DNA of 61,622 nucleotides from Candidatus Peregrinibacteria bacterium CG2_30_44_17. GTDB lineage: Bacteria > Patescibacteriota > Gracilibacteria > UBA1369 > UBA12470. How positions within the stretch are numbered: position 1 is the stretch's first letter; each line of letters starts with the position of its first letter. This document shows positions 36,649 through 45,773 of this stretch, in pieces. A model generated the notes under the pieces. The model saw only the letters and a list, made by a program, of their open reading frames with translations. It was not told the DNA's origin and did not search any database. The position numbers and the translations under genes were made by a program. The DNA is taken from positions 1 to 61,622 of the forward strand of contig MNZJ01000037.1 in NCBI GenBank assembly GCA_001873565.1. Direction: 5' to 3'.

Positions 36649-39600
36649 ATGGGAGGTGCGCAAGGTAACAACAATCCGGCGAAAGGGCTTGAGGCAGCTC
36701 CGGAAGCTGCTCACGAAGCTTTGTCTCCTACGCAGGAGATGGCTACCTTGGCGATGGAGGTTCTCGAAGGAAAAAGCTTGCATTCGCCAGCTTCGAAAAA
36801 AATAGATTCTATTAGTCTTTCTGAGGCTGTTGAGTCTCAAGTTGAGAACTTGAAGCATTTGTATCTGGGTGCCATACTGCTACTTACGTACTTAAAGCAC
36901 TCTGGTAAGCTCGGTACTGGATCTTTTTCCTTAAGTACATTCAGGAATTTATCGGTTCCCAGTTCTGATCTGTCTCCTGAGCAGTTCTCAGCTTTCAAAA
37001 AGCTTAGAGAGATGGCTACAGGCAAAGATTCTGTGGTTTCTTCCTTCTGGAATAGCGAAATCATGAGTCATCTCAGTGATGCGGTCTCTACTGTGTCTGT
37101 TGCCACAACCGCTGCTGTCGACGTTATTACCGGGAAAGAAGATCGAGATGTGCCCGATGGAGAAAGAAGTATGTATGATAAAACCAGAGATTTCGCCAAT
37201 GAACATCCTGTTATTGCAGGCACCGTTGCGCTTGCCGGGGCTATGGCTGTTGGATATGGACTTTTTAAGCTTTGCTCTGCAGCGAAAGAGAAGCTTGGCG
37301 GTAAGAGCAGTTCCCCATCGAGTAGTGCGGAAAGTACGGGTGAGTCTGTATGGAAATGGACTAAGCGTCTTGCGCTTATGCTTGGTGGTACGTGGATTGC
37401 AGGACAGATTTTGGGCCTCGAGGAAGTGCAAAAATGGCTAAAGAAAAAAGGTCTCGATGTTAATGCTAATAGATTCAGCAAGGCGCTTGTGCTGTTTGCT
37501 GATTTTAATGTCTTGGAAGGTATAGAGACTCTCAAACGCGGTGTTCGCGATTCCGAAGAAGAGCGGAGGCATACTGATTTCTCCAATGAATTCGGACTTA
37601 ATAATAGTATCAGTGTTTGGGTTTGCGCTGATGAAAACTGTAAGGATTTGCTTGATATGACTGACGACAGTCATACTTATTCGATTGCGGCTCCTGCGGC
37701 GTTGGCAAATATCCCTTTTATTGGTGCTATATTTACTAACGAAGAACAACTCGAGGATGAACGCAAATTGCGCAAAGGTCTCTCCGGTATGCGTTCTCAA
37801 ATCGAAAAAATACCCGGATGGGGAAAAATGAGTATAGATGAAGTATTGAAACAGCTAGCCAAGAGTGGCGCGGTTGCAGCCCCTGAAGGTCCTAGGGCGC
37901 AGAGGGAGATGTCGGATGCCGAAAGGGCTGTAATTGCTAAGCAAGAAGAGGCCCTTGTGAATCAGCCATCTACGCAGTTCGATAGGCTACTTGCCAGTAT
38001 TGATACCAATCAATCTATCTCTCGCGAAGAGAAGATGGAATTGCTCGCAATGATTGGCGGTCCCGAATCGGAGAATTCCCTACTTAGTGATTTGCACTTC
38101 ATGGAAGATGCAATTCCCGGGATGTGGGATACTTGGAAGAGCAAAGCTTTTGATGTTACGGCTGGAGCCGGCAGTTTGTATGGTGAAGGACAGGCTGGAC
38201 AAGCAATGATTCAGGCTTTTGGCCTGGATATAGAAGATAGGGAGGAGATGGCTGATTTGGTTAAGGCGAGAAAAATGCTCGATGAGAGCCTTGGATCAGA
38301 GATGGAAAGAAGTGAACTTGAGATGGTTAGAGGACTTATACTGGAAGCCGAAGGTTTCCGTGACTTTGTCGAAGGCGTAGGGTCTGGCGATAAATTCGAT
38401 GCAGGTGACCTTACTAAATTCCGATCCTATAAGAAAAAATTTACAGGGCCTGATGGAATTTTCAAACAGGTAAAGCTAGCGAGACAAAGAGCTAGTAACA
38501 CTGAATTCATGGATCAACGTCTTGAATTCGGCAAATGGACTGTCGGAGACCAAGGACAAGCTATGTTGGATTTGTACATGTATTCCCTATTCGGATATAC
38601 GTTGGAGGCTTTTGTCTCGGCTGAGTCGACCGATGCCGACAAAGGAGTTGGCCTTGCACTGACTGTCGGTACTATTACCGGCACCTCTGCCGCTTTGTAT
38701 GCCGTTAGGCATCCTATTGTAGCAGCCAAATCTACTGTTCTTCCGTGGAGGGCTGCCGGATGGAGCAAAGCTAAGTTCCACGAGGCCGTACTGAGCAGTA
38801 TGGCTAGCAGGCTTGAAGCCGGTGCGTATACTGCCAAAGAAGCCAAAGACGCTATTAAATTTTGCGAAAAAATAGAGGATACATATAGTCTGGCAAAAAC
38901 TGGCAGTTATCATATGGTTAGCAAGGAGTCCGGAAAGCCGGTACGTCAACTTGCCACCACCCTAAGGGAAAGATTTGATGCGAGAATTGCAAGTGGCGGC
39001 AACGAGTTCGGCAGAGTTGCAGAAGCTGATAGACTTAGAAGGGCTCTTCGGGCTGGCAGCGCTGAGCATGTTGATTTGGTTGTCAGGCAGATTTCTGAAT
39101 ATACCGGTGTTTCCGATGATGTTATCAGACGTTCTGTAGAAATAGAACTTCAAGCAGGCCACATTGATGACGTTGTAGATGCTATGATGGAAGCACGAAG
39201 AGCATCAGAGGCCGCTGATCAAATTGACGATATAAGTCGAGCTGCCGCTGCAAGGCAGCAACTTGCTGCTATTGGTACATACTTCACTAGGAATGCTGCT
39301 GAGGGTACCGAGATGCTTGTCAGAAACAGAGCATTGGTTCAACTGCTTGCAGGTAATGGAGTAGAGGTGTCGTCTGACGTTGCTATGAGGCTTTCCAGAA
39401 CGTCTCCTTCGCTACTTGGCGCTGTTGATGATCCAACTTTGATTGCTGTCGAAATTGAGAAGCTTAGATCTACGATGAAAGTCAGTGATGCTTCTGAGAT
39501 TGCTTCCAAGGCTAACATGGCTATGAAGGCCGAGAGAGCGCTGCTCGTTCTCAATGTCGTTGTTGATATTTTTACGATAGGGATGTCTCTATACAGGATC

Positions 39601-42315
39601 AAAGACCTCGAAGAAATGATAGCCAATGCCAGTAATCCCGCGATCAGGGATATTTATGCAAACAAACTTTTGCGAGAGCATGCGAATATCGCTTTGTCCG
39701 GTGCCTCGCTTGTAGTCGGGGTTTCTGCGATTGCTTTGCAGAGCAGTGCTGTGGTTGGGGCGCTTGGATCTGTGATCGGATCTGCTGCTGCCGCTTCCGC
39801 TGCCTCCGCTTCTACCGGCGTGGGTCTTGTCTTAATCCCTGTTATCATAGTTGCCGGTGGGGTCATGCATGTTCAAGATGTCATGGACGAAGGTCGTATC
39901 GAAATTGCTCGAGAGAAGGAAGACTGGAAACAGCTCTCCCCTGCCGATTTATATAGGCAATGGGTCACGATGGTAGGAACTAACGATAGCGAAGAACTTA
40001 TCGCTTTCTTTAACTGGAAGAATGTTTGTGCCGGATTCACCGGTATTTCCTATATGGTCGGTGGATACGATGAAAGAGACAAGAGGATGGAAGCTTTTAG
40101 ACAGGAAAAAGTCGTTACGAGGAGGGAGATCGTAGAAGCTCTTACCGAAAAGCAGCTTAAACTATTTGGCGGAGCTGGGGATTTGCTCCTTTCCAGCTAT
40201 GCTATGCAGTACATGGAGGCTACTTTGGGACAAGATTTTGATGCAGGTACTATAGAAATGGCTCGTGAGTCTGTTCAAAACGCAGCGTCTTATGCGCGCA
40301 TGATGGCTGCCCGTGAACATGCAGCCGTAAGGAGAGAGTTCTTTGCCGGCGATACTTCCGAGTATCTTGGGTCTGATTATGCCGTATCATCTCATCAGAC
40401 AAGGTTAACCGCCTTACAAGTGAGTATTTTACCTCCCGCCGCTAGACGTGACTACGAAATGCTTCTTGCTATGACGCCTTACGCGGATATGGTCCCTGAT
40501 GCTACAGTCTTTGACAGTAATGCTGCGGTATTACCTGCTGATTATGATGCTGAGATCGATACTGCTACTGGACTTGATTCCGTGCTTGGTGACTTTGGAG
40601 TTCGCGTCAAGACGCATGCCGAGGCGAGACTTAGATCCGCCGAACATAAACCTGTTTTCGAGAGACTTTTACGGGTTTCCGACTACGTTGTTTTGCAGAA
40701 AATGAATGCAATACAGACTGTATACTCTACAACTGGATCTTACCCTCCAAATGCCGTGATACTTCTGCCGACATTGGAGCTCTATGCTCAGTACAAAGGT
40801 CTTTCTTCGGGCTTTGACGTGAGTTATCCATCTTCAGTTGAAGCTCTAGACAAGTGGTGTTTTGATCTACTGGTTGACCATGCCGTTCCTGCCGGCGATT
40901 TGACGGCTAGAAAAGCAATGATGATTAGGACTGATGAAGAAGTTATGGCTGAGAATGGGGTTTTTGATGATAAATTCCTGTATGTATTACATAGAATTGC
41001 AGTAGAAGTTTTTGGGTATTCAGGCAGTGCCGACGAAGAGTCTATCAAGAGGCTCTACAGTAGTGCTAATGCCAATGTTTTTGGTATCTATTGGGATGGA
41101 GCGCAGTGGGTAGTGCAAGAGGGTGGCATGGAGTCTGATAACGAGCTCCCCCGTGATACCAACCCAGACCAGCTAATATCTCAGCTTCTTATCGAACTTG
41201 AAAATCACGGAGACGATCTATTTGAAGAGACCGGAGACAGCATGTGGGTTTCCAGCAGATCGGAAGAGGACCGAGAGTTTTTCCGAAGGAGTGAGGCCAT
41301 TGCCGCCAAGTATAGAGAGGTAATCATGGCCGCTTCCGAGCGTTACGCGACGGAATCAATAGCCGCTCTCTCTGGTTTTGATGCGGAGGCTACAGCTTAC
41401 ATACAAGAACACGCTACCTGCGATGCTTACGTTGTTTTGCCAGGTTATTTAATTGCAAAAGGCATACAAGCTGGCAAACAAGATCTTGGACTTTTCTCCT
41501 ATAGATATGAAAATGGTGCTGTTGTTTGCTATCAAATGTATGAAGGTTCCGAACTCACGGCTCCTATTGGGAATAAAGTGTCTCGCCTTGAGTCTTTCGA
41601 AGTCGCTGACGCCACAAAGCAATATACTGATGCGATGTATGCCGACTTGGCTCAGGTTCGTGAGACTGTACGCATTTCGGATGACGAGTTTGATATACCC
41701 GCGTCTGTAGATCTTCTTATTGATTCTAAGCGATTAGAAGTTGATACTTTTGTCGCTGGTCTTGCAAGTTTTCCAGAGGCGCAACAAGAGACTATGGCTA
41801 TTTCAAAAGCTTCTGAAATCGATGAATTCAGAAGAGTTGTTGAGCTAAGCGTTCTTACAGAAGCTGCCAGTGGAAGCTTTTGGGCTTTTAGGTGGTCTGA
41901 CGATGTAGATAGTGAGACTGTAGATGAATCTATCCAAGGCAACTTGGCGATGCATCAGACATTCAACTACCACCCTGTTTTGAGAGAGCAGTGGGAGAGC
42001 CTGAGGGACGTTTCCGCCAGTATTAGTAATAACGTTGCCGGAGAGAAGCATTCTGCCGAATATATGCTTTATTTCGACCAGGCCATGTCACTAGCACTTG
42101 TGAAGTCAATAGCTTTGAATCGCAATGTAGATACTGGGAAAATGGAGGTGCAAAGCTGGAAAGGTCTTGATATGGAGCAGTTTGATAGGAATATCGCCGA
42201 AGTTCTTTTGTACGACGAATGGATGAAGGAGTACAAAGGCGAAGACAGTGGCAGTACGTCTGCTGATTTCCGATTCGAGTTCAAAGAGAGCTGCATGGAG
42301 GCTCTGGCTGGCTAA
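36649..42315 (+). CDS. Giant (1888 aa) hypothetical protein with several hydrophobic segments; candidate toxin/effector
   Basis: Uninterrupted 5.7-kb ORF with its own promoter. Ala/Ser/Gly-rich hydrophobic block at ~39540-39870. No recognisable signal peptide. Confidence 0.85.
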   Translation: MGGAQGNNNPAKGLEAAPEAAHEALSPTQEMATLAMEVLEGKSLHSPASKKIDSISLSEAVESQVENLKHLYLGAILLLTYLKHSGKLGTGSFSLSTFRNLSVPSSDLSPEQFSAFKKLREMATGKDSVVSSFWNSEIMSHLSDAVSTVSVATTAAVDVITGKEDRDVPDGERSMYDKTRDFANEHPVIAGTVALAGAMAVGYGLFKLCSAAKEKLGGKSSSPSSSAESTGESVWKWTKRLALMLGGTWIAGQILGLEEVQKWLKKKGLDVNANRFSKALVLFADFNVLEGIETLKRGVRDSEEERRHTDFSNEFGLNNSISVWVCADENCKDLLDMTDDSHTYSIAAPAALANIPFIGAIFTNEEQLEDERKLRKGLSGMRSQIEKIPGWGKMSIDEVLKQLAKSGAVAAPEGPRAQREMSDAERAVIAKQEEALVNQPSTQFDRLLASIDTNQSISREEKMELLAMIGGPESENSLLSDLHFMEDAIPGMWDTWKSKAFDVTAGAGSLYGEGQAGQAMIQAFGLDIEDREEMADLVKARKMLDESLGSEMERSELEMVRGLILEAEGFRDFVEGVGSGDKFDAGDLTKFRSYKKKFTGPDGIFKQVKLARQRASNTEFMDQRLEFGKWTVGDQGQAMLDLYMYSLFGYTLEAFVSAESTDADKGVGLALTVGTITGTSAALYAVRHPIVAAKSTVLPWRAAGWSKAKFHEAVLSSMASRLEAGAYTAKEAKDAIKFCEKIEDTYSLAKTGSYHMVSKESGKPVRQLATTLRERFDARIASGGNEFGRVAEADRLRRALRAGSAEHVDLVVRQISEYTGVSDDVIRRSVEIELQAGHIDDVVDAMMEARRASEAADQIDDISRAAAARQQLAAIGTYFTRNAAEGTEMLVRNRALVQLLAGNGVEVSSDVAMRLSRTSPSLLGAVDDPTLIAVEIEKLRSTMKVSDASEIASKANMAMKAERALLVLNVVVDIFTIGMSLYRIKDLEEMIANASNPAIRDIYANKLLREHANIALSGASLVVGVSAIALQSSAVVGALGSVIGSAAAASAASASTGVGLVLIPVIIVAGGVMHVQDVMDEGRIEIAREKEDWKQLSPADLYRQWVTMVGTNDSEELIAFFNWKNVCAGFTGISYMVGGYDERDKRMEAFRQEKVVTRREIVEALTEKQLKLFGGAGDLLLSSYAMQYMEATLGQDFDAGTIEMARESVQNAASYARMMAAREHAAVRREFFAGDTSEYLGSDYAVSSHQTRLTALQVSILPPAARRDYEMLLAMTPYADMVPDATVFDSNAAVLPADYDAEIDTATGLDSVLGDFGVRVKTHAEARLRSAEHKPVFERLLRVSDYVVLQKMNAIQTVYSTTGSYPPNAVILLPTLELYAQYKGLSSGFDVSYPSSVEALDKWCFDLLVDHAVPAGDLTARKAMMIRTDEEVMAENGVFDDKFLYVLHRIAVEVFGYSGSADEESIKRLYSSANANVFGIYWDGAQWVVQEGGMESDNELPRDTNPDQLISQLLIELENHGDDLFEETGDSMWVSSRSEEDREFFRRSEAIAAKYREVIMAASERYATESIAALSGFDAEATAYIQEHATCDAYVVLPGYLIAKGIQAGKQDLGLFSYRYENGAVVCYQMYEGSELTAPIGNKVSRLESFEVADATKQYTDAMYADLAQVRETVRISDDEFDIPASVDLLIDSKRLEVDTFVAGLASFPEAQQETMAISKASEIDEFRRVVELSVLTEAASGSFWAFRWSDDVDSETVDESIQGNLAMHQTFNYHPVLREQWESLRDVSASISNNVAGEKHSAEYMLYFDQAMSLALVKSIALNRNVDTGKMEVQSWKGLDMEQFDRNIAEVLLYDEWMKEYKGEDSGSTSADFRFEFKESCMEALAG

Positions 42316-43853
42316 AGCGGTTTAGACATATAAGTCCCATCTCTTTCGTATCCAAGTTTTTTGTAATATGCTCTTGTGCCGACACTACTGATTACAGCTA
42401 TTTTTTTGTATCCAGCTGTTTTCGATAGATTCTCGGCTTCTGCGATTAGCTTTCTACCAAGTCCTATGTGTTGGGCCTCGCCCGTACTCTTCTTTGATAT
42501 CCTCAGTTGACTGCCGTAAGTGTGGACTTCTCTGATTATCGCGATTTGGCCGTCTATTTCTTTGACTACTTGGTCTGGTGATGGGAAGCGTAGTCGCAAC
42601 ATTGAGCACAAGCTCCTTCCTTGATCGTATGACAGAAAAAATTCCTTGCCTCCCGATGCGTCATACTCCAGTTTATGAAACTTGAGTTTCTCCGCGATGA
42701 TATCGGTATCTTTGATTTCTCTGCATCTTATGCACTTGCACTCTACTTTGTATTTCCGTTCGATTTCCTGCCTCATATTGGTGATCTTGCTGCCTTCTAT
42801 AATGCTCTCTCCGGGGATGTCCCTAATTAAGCGCTCTATCCGCACATACTCTGGAATAGTTCTTTTAATTTTCACGAGCAGCTCTTCCAGTTCTTGATCG
42901 GAGTAGCTTTTGTATGTTTTTTTCTTCACCCATCCTTCAAGTTCGCTAAAAGGAGTCACCGTGCATGGATAAACTTTTAAATAATCCGGCCTAAAGTCAG
43001 GATTTGCAAAAAGCTCCTTGAACATTTGTAAGTCTTTCGCAGGCGTACTACCTGGTAAATTCGGCATCATATGCAGGCATATCTTGAGCCCTGCGTCTTT
43101 GCATAGACGAATGGCCTGTGCCGCATCTTCTTTGTAGTGTCCTCTTTTTACATAGTCCAGTATCGTATTGTCGAGATGTTGGACTCCGAGCTGTATCTTC
43201 GTGCAGCCTAGTTTTCGGAGCCATCTGACCTCGTCCTTTGTTACATGATCTGGACGCGTTTCGAGGCTGAGTCCAACTACTCTGTGTTCTGCGTTTTCAT
43301 TGTTTTTTTGTGCTTTTTCCAGCGAAAGCTCTTTCTTGCCACCATTGAGTGCGTTGAAGCATTGCCTTACGAACGCCTGTTGGTATCTACGAGGGTAAAA
43401 TGAGAATGTGCCTCCCAATACGATCAGCTCTATCTTGTCTGTCGGATGCCCCTGATTTTTTAGACTTGTAAGCCTTTTTTCAATTTGTTTCCCCGGGTCA
43501 AAATTGTTTAACAGAGCTCTCATTGCCGCCGGTTCGTTGGACAGATAGCTCTTTGGCATCCCCTTCTCCGTAGGGCAAAATACGCATTTCCCCGGGCATG
43601 GATAAGGTTTTGTCAGCACTGTTATTATTGATACTCCTGACATCGACCTGACTTGTCTCTTCTGGAAAAGTTTCTTTAGGTGATCCTCTCTTGGAAGATC
43701 GCTAGCATTATAGAACTTATTAAGCTCGTAATTTGAAACAGAATGCTTGCCGTGCTTTTTGGCGAGTCGATTTTTAATCTTCTGTAGCTTCTCCGGTGTA
43801 TCTATGTTCTTCTTGCTCGCTTCTTTGATGATTTCCTCTAAGAGTTCTTTCAT
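42312..43853 (-). CDS. elp3: Elp3 family tRNA U34 carboxymethylation enzyme (radical SAM + KAT)
   Basis: RSMSGV, KPYPCPGKCVFCP, PKSY...EPA, GGTF, ETRPD, LGVQ, HMMPNLPG, R.ERLIRDIP, C.CIRCRE, REVHTYG, QHIGLG, ISSVGTRAYY.KLGY. Confidence 0.95.
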   Translation of the reverse strand: MKELLEEIIKEASKKNIDTPEKLQKIKNRLAKKHGKHSVSNYELNKFYNASDLPREDHLKKLFQKRQVRSMSGVSIITVLTKPYPCPGKCVFCPTEKGMPKSYLSNEPAAMRALLNNFDPGKQIEKRLTSLKNQGHPTDKIELIVLGGTFSFYPRRYQQAFVRQCFNALNGGKKELSLEKAQKNNENAEHRVVGLSLETRPDHVTKDEVRWLRKLGCTKIQLGVQHLDNTILDYVKRGHYKEDAAQAIRLCKDAGLKICLHMMPNLPGSTPAKDLQMFKELFANPDFRPDYLKVYPCTVTPFSELEGWVKKKTYKSYSDQELEELLVKIKRTIPEYVRIERLIRDIPGESIIEGSKITNMRQEIERKYKVECKCIRCREIKDTDIIAEKLKFHKLEYDASGGKEFFLSYDQGRSLCSMLRLRFPSPDQVVKEIDGQIAIIREVHTYGSQLRISKKSTGEAQHIGLGRKLIAEAENLSKTAGYKKIAVISSVGTRAYYKKLGYERDGTYMSKPL

Positions 43854-43902
43854 GTTTCAGGTATAATGGTGAGGTCTTTTTTCGCGAATTTAAATCTATC
43901 TT

Positions 43903-44577
43903 ATGAGAGAGTCTACCGCAAGGGAGCTTCTTGCCAAGGTCAAAAACGATTATACCGAGATTGCTGGTGAGTTTGACGCTACGAGGCAGGGAAACTGGAA
44001 GGATTTTGAGGTTTTTGATGAGTACTTGGCAGACGGGATGAAAATTCTTGATATCGGATGTGGTAATGGCAGGCTGAAGGAGTATATCGATGGCAAAGTC
44101 AGAGCCAAGTATTTCGGTACGGACAATAACGATACTTTTATTGAGATGGCAAAGAAACGTGGTGACTTTTTTAAGGTCGGAGATTTTCTAAGTCTCCCCT
44201 ACCCTGACAACGAATTTGATCTCGTCTTGTCTGTTGCCGCTTTTCATCACTTGCCTACTCGAAAATTGCAGCTTCATGGACTTGCCGAAGTATCTAGAAT
44301 CATGAAGCCCGGAGCTAATGGCGTTTTTTTGGTATGGAACCTATGGCAGAGGCGGCATGTAAAGCTCTTTTTCGAGAGCTGCTTGCGTTTTTTTGCTTCC
44401 TTTGGTAAATATTGCCTACACGATTTCTTTGTCCCATGGGGCAAAAAGACTGAAAGATATTATTATGCATTTACAAAAAGATCGCTTAGAAAACTTTTCG
44501 CCAAGAGTAATCTTAAGGTTTGCGAGCTAGATCTTTCTCCCAGTAAGAATAACTATTACGTCGTATTCACAAAATGA
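43903..44577 (+). CDS. Class I SAM methyltransferase, Trm9/ALKBH8-like
   Basis: Y..IA.EFDATR...W, LDIGCGNGR, FD..LSVA.FHHL, LVW, D.FVPW, RYYY.F. Confidence 0.8.
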   Translation: MRESTARELLAKVKNDYTEIAGEFDATRQGNWKDFEVFDEYLADGMKILDIGCGNGRLKEYIDGKVRAKYFGTDNNDTFIEMAKKRGDFFKVGDFLSLPYPDNEFDLVLSVAAFHHLPTRKLQLHGLAEVSRIMKPGANGVFLVWNLWQRRHVKLFFESCLRFFASFGKYCLHDFFVPWGKKTERYYYAFTKRSLRKLFAKSNLKVCELDLSPSKNNYYVVFTK

Positions 44578-45401
44578 ACAAAAAAGAACGAGTTAAGGTA
44601 ATGGGGGTAAACTTCGATCCTGTCACTTATCGCGAGGCTCTCGATAGAATCTTCTTTATGCTCAAGGATGGCAAGCAACATCAGGTTGTGACTCCTAACC
44701 CCGAGATCTTGCTTAAGGCGCAAAGCGACGCTAAATATCGTACTATTTTGAATAGAGCGAGTTTGAGTGTCCCTGATGGCACCGGTATTATCTGGGCTGC
44801 TAGCTTGGAAGGCAGTCTCAGCATCAAAAAAGGGCTTTGGCATATGCTTCTTATGCTGGTCAAACCTAGCAAAGTGAAACGGATCTTGCCGGAGAGAGTA
44901 ACAGGTGCGGATTTGATGAGGGATGTACTCAATATGGCTTCTAAAAATGGAAATAATTACCGCATTTTTCTTCTTGGTGCTCGAGATGGAGCTGGCAAAC
45001 AAATTCAATCCTCTTATCGTTTCAAAGATAAGAATTGCCAGATTGTTGGCGCTCATGAGGGCTCTCCTAATCCGTCGGAAGATGCCAACATAGTTTCCGA
45101 AATCAATGAGTCTGGGGCTGACATACTCTTTGTAGCCTACGGCTCTCCTCAACAGGAGAAATGGATCCATAGGAATATGAAGAATATACCAAGCGTGAAG
45201 GTTGCTATTGGTGTCGGAGGTGCTTTTGATTTCCTTGCTGGCAACGTAAAAAGAGCTCCAAAGTTCTGGCGCAATGCAGGCTTAGAGTGGCTCTGGAGGC
45301 TTATCAATCAACCTAGGCGTGTTCAACGAATATGGAACGCTGTTTTTGTGTTCCCTTATCTCTTGGTTGTAAGAAGTATCAATATTAAGTTCGTAAAATA
45401 G
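44574..45401 (+). CDS. WecB/TagA/CpsF family glycosyltransferase (GT26)
   Basis: VVTPNPE, PDGTG, ERVTGADL, G.PQQEKW, GVGGAFD..AG..KRAP...GLEWLWRL. Confidence 0.95.
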   Translation: MNKKERVKVMGVNFDPVTYREALDRIFFMLKDGKQHQVVTPNPEILLKAQSDAKYRTILNRASLSVPDGTGIIWAASLEGSLSIKKGLWHMLLMLVKPSKVKRILPERVTGADLMRDVLNMASKNGNNYRIFLLGARDGAGKQIQSSYRFKDKNCQIVGAHEGSPNPSEDANIVSEINESGADILFVAYGSPQQEKWIHRNMKNIPSVKVAIGVGGAFDFLAGNVKRAPKFWRNAGLEWLWRLINQPRRVQRIWNAVFVFPYLLVVRSINIKFVK

Positions 45402-45408
45402 CTTTTTG

Positions 45409-45699
45409 CTATTTCTTTCGAGGATTCTTTTTCGGCCTATCTGCTTCCATCCTTTCCTCTATCTTCTCCTCGACGATCTTAATGATTGGGCCAATGTGCT
45501 TGCTTAAACTTCTTGCTGCGTTTATCGGCTTCATTACGTATGTGTTTACTTTTTCTGCCGTGTCTTTCGCGGATGCCACGACCTTGTTGGCATCTCTAAG
45601 TATGAGGATTAGGTAAATAAGTGTTATACATCCGAAAATTGCTAATAGAGCTATCGCTATGGCTATTGTGATATAAAGCAAATCAAGTGGAGTTAGCAT
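45409..45699 (-). CDS. Single-TM hypothetical protein
   Basis: N-terminal TM helix followed by an amphipathic helix. Confidence 0.7.
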   Translation of the reverse strand: MLTPLDLLYITIAIAIALLAIFGCITLIYLILILRDANKVVASAKDTAEKVNTYVMKPINAARSLSKHIGPIIKIVEEKIEERMEADRPKKNPRKK

Positions 45700-45773
45700 T
45701 TTGGTTTTTGTTTAAAGTCTTTATCTAGGAAATAGTATAAAGGAGCAAGCATTCGAGGGCAAGAAGCAGAATG

